NCBI GenBank assembly: GCA_030390025.1
Contig: CM059431.1
Span: 116,996,001-117,060,000 of the forward strand
Source of the DNA: Squalus acanthias
Lineage: Eukaryota
Reading direction: 5' to 3'
DNA: 64,000 nucleotides
Shown: piece by piece, positions 61,200-64,000 of the stretch
Numbering within the stretch: the stretch's first letter is position 1
Layout: each line of letters starts with the position of its first letter
Position numbers and translations under genes: made by a program
Notes under the pieces: generated by a model
What the model saw: only the letters and a program-made list of their open reading frames with translations
The model's database searches: none
What the model was told of the DNA's origin: nothing

Positions 61200-61980
61200 T
61201 TAAACATTCACAGGATGTGGGCATCATTGGCAAGGCTGGCATTTATTGCCCATCCCTAATTGCCCTTGAGAAGGTGGTGGTGAGCCGCCTTCTTAAACCA
61301 CTGCAGTCCGTGTGGTGAAGGTACTCCCACAGTGCTGTTCAGGAGGGAGTTCCAGGATTTTGACCCAGCGACGATGAAAGAACGCGATATACTTCTAAGT
61401 CAGGATGGTGTCTGACTTGGGGGGGATCGTGAAGGTGGTGGTGTTCCCATGCACCTGCTGCCCTTGTCCTTCTAGGCAGTAGAGGTCGCGGTTTGGGAGG
61501 TGCTGTTGAAGAAGCCTTGGTGAGTTGCTGCAGTGCATCTTGTAGATGGTATGCGCTGTAGCCACGGTACGCCGGTGGTGGAGGGAGTGAATGTTTAAGG
61601 TGGTGGATGGGGTGCTAATCAAGCGGGCTGTTTCATCCTGGATGGTGTTGAGCATCTTGAGTGTTGTTGGAGATGCATTCATCCAGGCAAGTGGAGAGTA
61701 TTTCCTCAAACTCTTGACTTGTGCCTTGTAGATGGTGGAAAGGCTTTGGGGTGTCAGGAGGTGAGTCACTCGCCGCAGAATACCCAGCCTCTGACCTGCT
61801 CTTGTAGCCACAGTATTTATGTGGCTGGTCCAGTTAAATTTCTGGTCAATGGTGACCCCAAGGATGTTGATGGTGGGGGATTCAGCGATGGTAATGCCAT
61901 TAAATGTCAAAGGGAGGTGTTTTGACTTTCTCTTGTTGGAGATGGTCATTGCCTGGCACTTCTGTGGTGCGAATGTTAAT
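61200..61980 (-). mobile_element. Non-LTR retrotransposon 3' fragment (post-RT region plus 3' UTR); clade not assigned
   Basis: FAPQKCQAM..INILGVTIDQK.NWTSHI..LGILRRV..IYKAQV..KYSPLAW; poly-T at 61192-61201 fits an antisense tail. Confidence 0.75.
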
Positions 61981-62637
61981 TGATCTCTCCTCCACGGTCC
62001 ATCTATGCGGTACTGCTTTCTCATGGTTCCACGCTTAACTGTCGCCTTGAAAAAAACTCATTACCTCCAACAGATTATTCTCCCATGTCCACACAGTTAC
62101 CTTTGGTATAGTCCAGGGTTCCAAATTTAGCTCTTTCCTTTTCACCGTTTACATGACTACCCTTCAACAACATTATCTAGGAACATGGGATAAGCTTTTA
62201 CATATATGCTAAGAATAGTACGCTTCTTCCTTTGATTCCATTTCTTAGACCTTCTAGCCAAATGCCTGTTGGACATTAAGGGGTAGAAATTAGGTCGCGC
62301 CCCATTTGGGGCGCAAATATCGTCTGGACGCAAATATTAGCGCCTGGCGCTAATTATTGGCACTGACAGGAAACTTCACTTTTACCGCCCCGGGAGGTGA
62401 GTGGAGCGCTAAAGCAGGTGCTGCACACCTGTCTTAAGGCGCAAAGGCCAAGGAGTGAGGCGCTAACTCAGCGCGCGAGCGCAGCGCAGCTGCTGCCAGT
62501 TAGCGAGGGAACACAGACACACTGGCGCCGGACACTTCTTAAAGCGGGGGGGGCCACTTGCTCCCCAGCCACACCCTGCTCATTGCAGCCTTGAATCTCA
62601 GCCTGGAGAGACCTGTGAATCCATTTTGCTGCCAAGC

Positions 62638-64000
62638 ATGGAGAGGGTGAGAGAACGCGCTCATCGCTTCACCGAGCGGGTCTTGGATGCTCTGGTTGGC
62701 GCAGTGGAGCGCAGACGATGTATGCTGTTCCCTGAGAGTGGCAGGAGGCCTTTGCCACGCGAGTTCAGAAGAGTGTGAAGGGAGGTGGCTCAGAGCGTCT
62801 CCTCCAGGAGCATGGTGCCCAGGACCCATACTCAATGCCGCAAAAAGTTCAACGACCTCACTCGGGTCGTCAGGGTGAGTGGCTTTTTCTCAATACCTCT
62901 CCATCCCTCCATCTCAACCTCACTCTATGGCCAGAGGGTCTTAAAACCCCAATGCACAACACTCATCCAACACCTATGGCCCTTTCATCAAACACACACA
63001 CACATTCCACACTTTGCATACAGTAAGGGCTATTCACCTATGGGAGGCACATCAGGCAAGACCATGGCTGCATACAGTAAGGGCTATTCACCTATGGGAG
63101 GCACATCAGGCAAGACCATGGCTGTATATTGTAAGGGCTATTCACCTATGGGAGGCACATCAGGCAAGACCATGGCTGTATATTGTAAGGGCTATTCACC
63201 TATGGGAGGCACATCAGGCAAGACCATGGCTGTATATTTACTCAGATGCTGTCCTTTTTCTTGCAGGCTAAGCTGGCTCATAATAGGAGACAGCAGCAAC
63301 GGACAGGTGGAGGGCGGCCTCAGCTGCAACCCCTCAGCGATCTTGAGGAGCACGTCCACAGGATTGTGGCAAGCCGGGTGATCGGTCCCGTCGCCACTGG
63401 AGATGCCGACCCCGTTCTGGACAACAATGGTAAGGTCATCACCTTTTTGTCCTCTGTCCTTCCACTTGTCCCTCACAACACCAGCCTTTGACACTTTCAA
63501 TCCAACTTGCTAACTCGCTGCACTTATTCCTCCCTTACTGCCACCCTGTCCTCACGCTAAAGCCACTCTTGTACCTCCCTGCTTTCAGATGGTGATTCAC
63601 CAGCTGAGGAGACGGGCCCTGAAGCTGCCACTGGGAGTGATGCTGCAGCTGAGGAGGAAGAGGAAGCCAGAGCATCAGTGCCACCCTCTCCCGAGGAAGC
63701 CCATGCCCACACTGGGAACACGCCTTCCCCGGAGGGGAGCAGGGGGGAAGGGGCTGATGAGGTTGAAGCTCCAGGACCCAGCGGGCTGCAGCAACGCCAT
63801 GGGGGGGTAGGGAAGAACGGGGGCCTTCTCCCCAGAGGGAGAGTATGCCAGACACTCCTACTGCAATGGACGCAGAGGAGGAGCGGCTGATTGCAGAAAT
63901 GAACACCCAGGCGGTGGGCATGCACACTGAGCTCATGGGTGCAGTGGGAAGGGTGCCCGAATGCATTGAGTCACTGGCAAGGAGTGTGGAGCACTTCGCT
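62638..64000 (+). pseudogene. Harbinger Myb/SANT-like gene (exons 62638-62874, 63267-63429, 63589-end)
   Basis: MERVRERAHRFTERVLDALV..V*REVAQSVS..QCRKKFNDLTR / AKLAHNRRQQQRTGGG; canonical GT-AG sites; one TGA where Trp is expected. Confidence 0.82.
63017..63232. repeat. Four 54-bp tandem repeats in Myb intron 1
   Basis: Unit catacagtaagggctattcacctatgggaggcacatcaggcaagaccatggctg starts at 63017, 63071, 63125 and 63179. Confidence 0.95.

Larger units (their letters stand above)
62280..64000 (+). mobile_element. Harbinger element, left end plus Myb/SANT gene; continues beyond the window
   Basis: TAA then ggggtagaaattaggtcgcgccccatttggggcgc, the same terminus as the GC-rich MITEs. Confidence 0.8.

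Noticed and set aside
62785..63381. 198-aa ORF with repeated KGYSPMGGTSGKTMA
   Set aside because: It reads through Myb intron 1 across a 54-bp tandem repeat; GT-AG sites at 62875/63266 explain the real structure.

Overview
This 64 kb window is eukaryotic, almost entirely repeat-derived DNA. The repeat families (DeuSINE/SacSINE1-like SINEs, CR1 LINEs, Penelope, Harbinger) suggest a cartilaginous fish such as a shark; this is an inference. I could not support any host gene. The main feature (1-11895) is the 3' part of a nearly intact endogenous retrovirus-like element: gag end, in-frame TGA, pol (protease, RT with YVDD, a degenerate Ty3/gypsy-like RNase H, a second retroviral-type RNase H, integrase), env and a 1.7 kb 3' LTR. 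Its Env looks like a paramyxovirus/pneumovirus-F-type class I fusogen, as described for lokiretroviruses, and also carries an apparent immunoglobulin-fold domain at the N-terminus. The integrase is split by an antisense solo LTR of a sister family, which itself holds a GC-rich MITE. A third, distant solo LTR shares a covarying U5 structure with a tRNA T-arm-like motif. The rest is nested PIF/Harbinger elements (Myb/SANT gene plus HARBI1-like nuclease) and their MITEs, CR1/L2 LINEs, a Penelope element, short Penelope-derived inserts with minimal hammerhead ribozyme motifs, SINEs and minisatellites. All calls were made by eye; no database searches were run.
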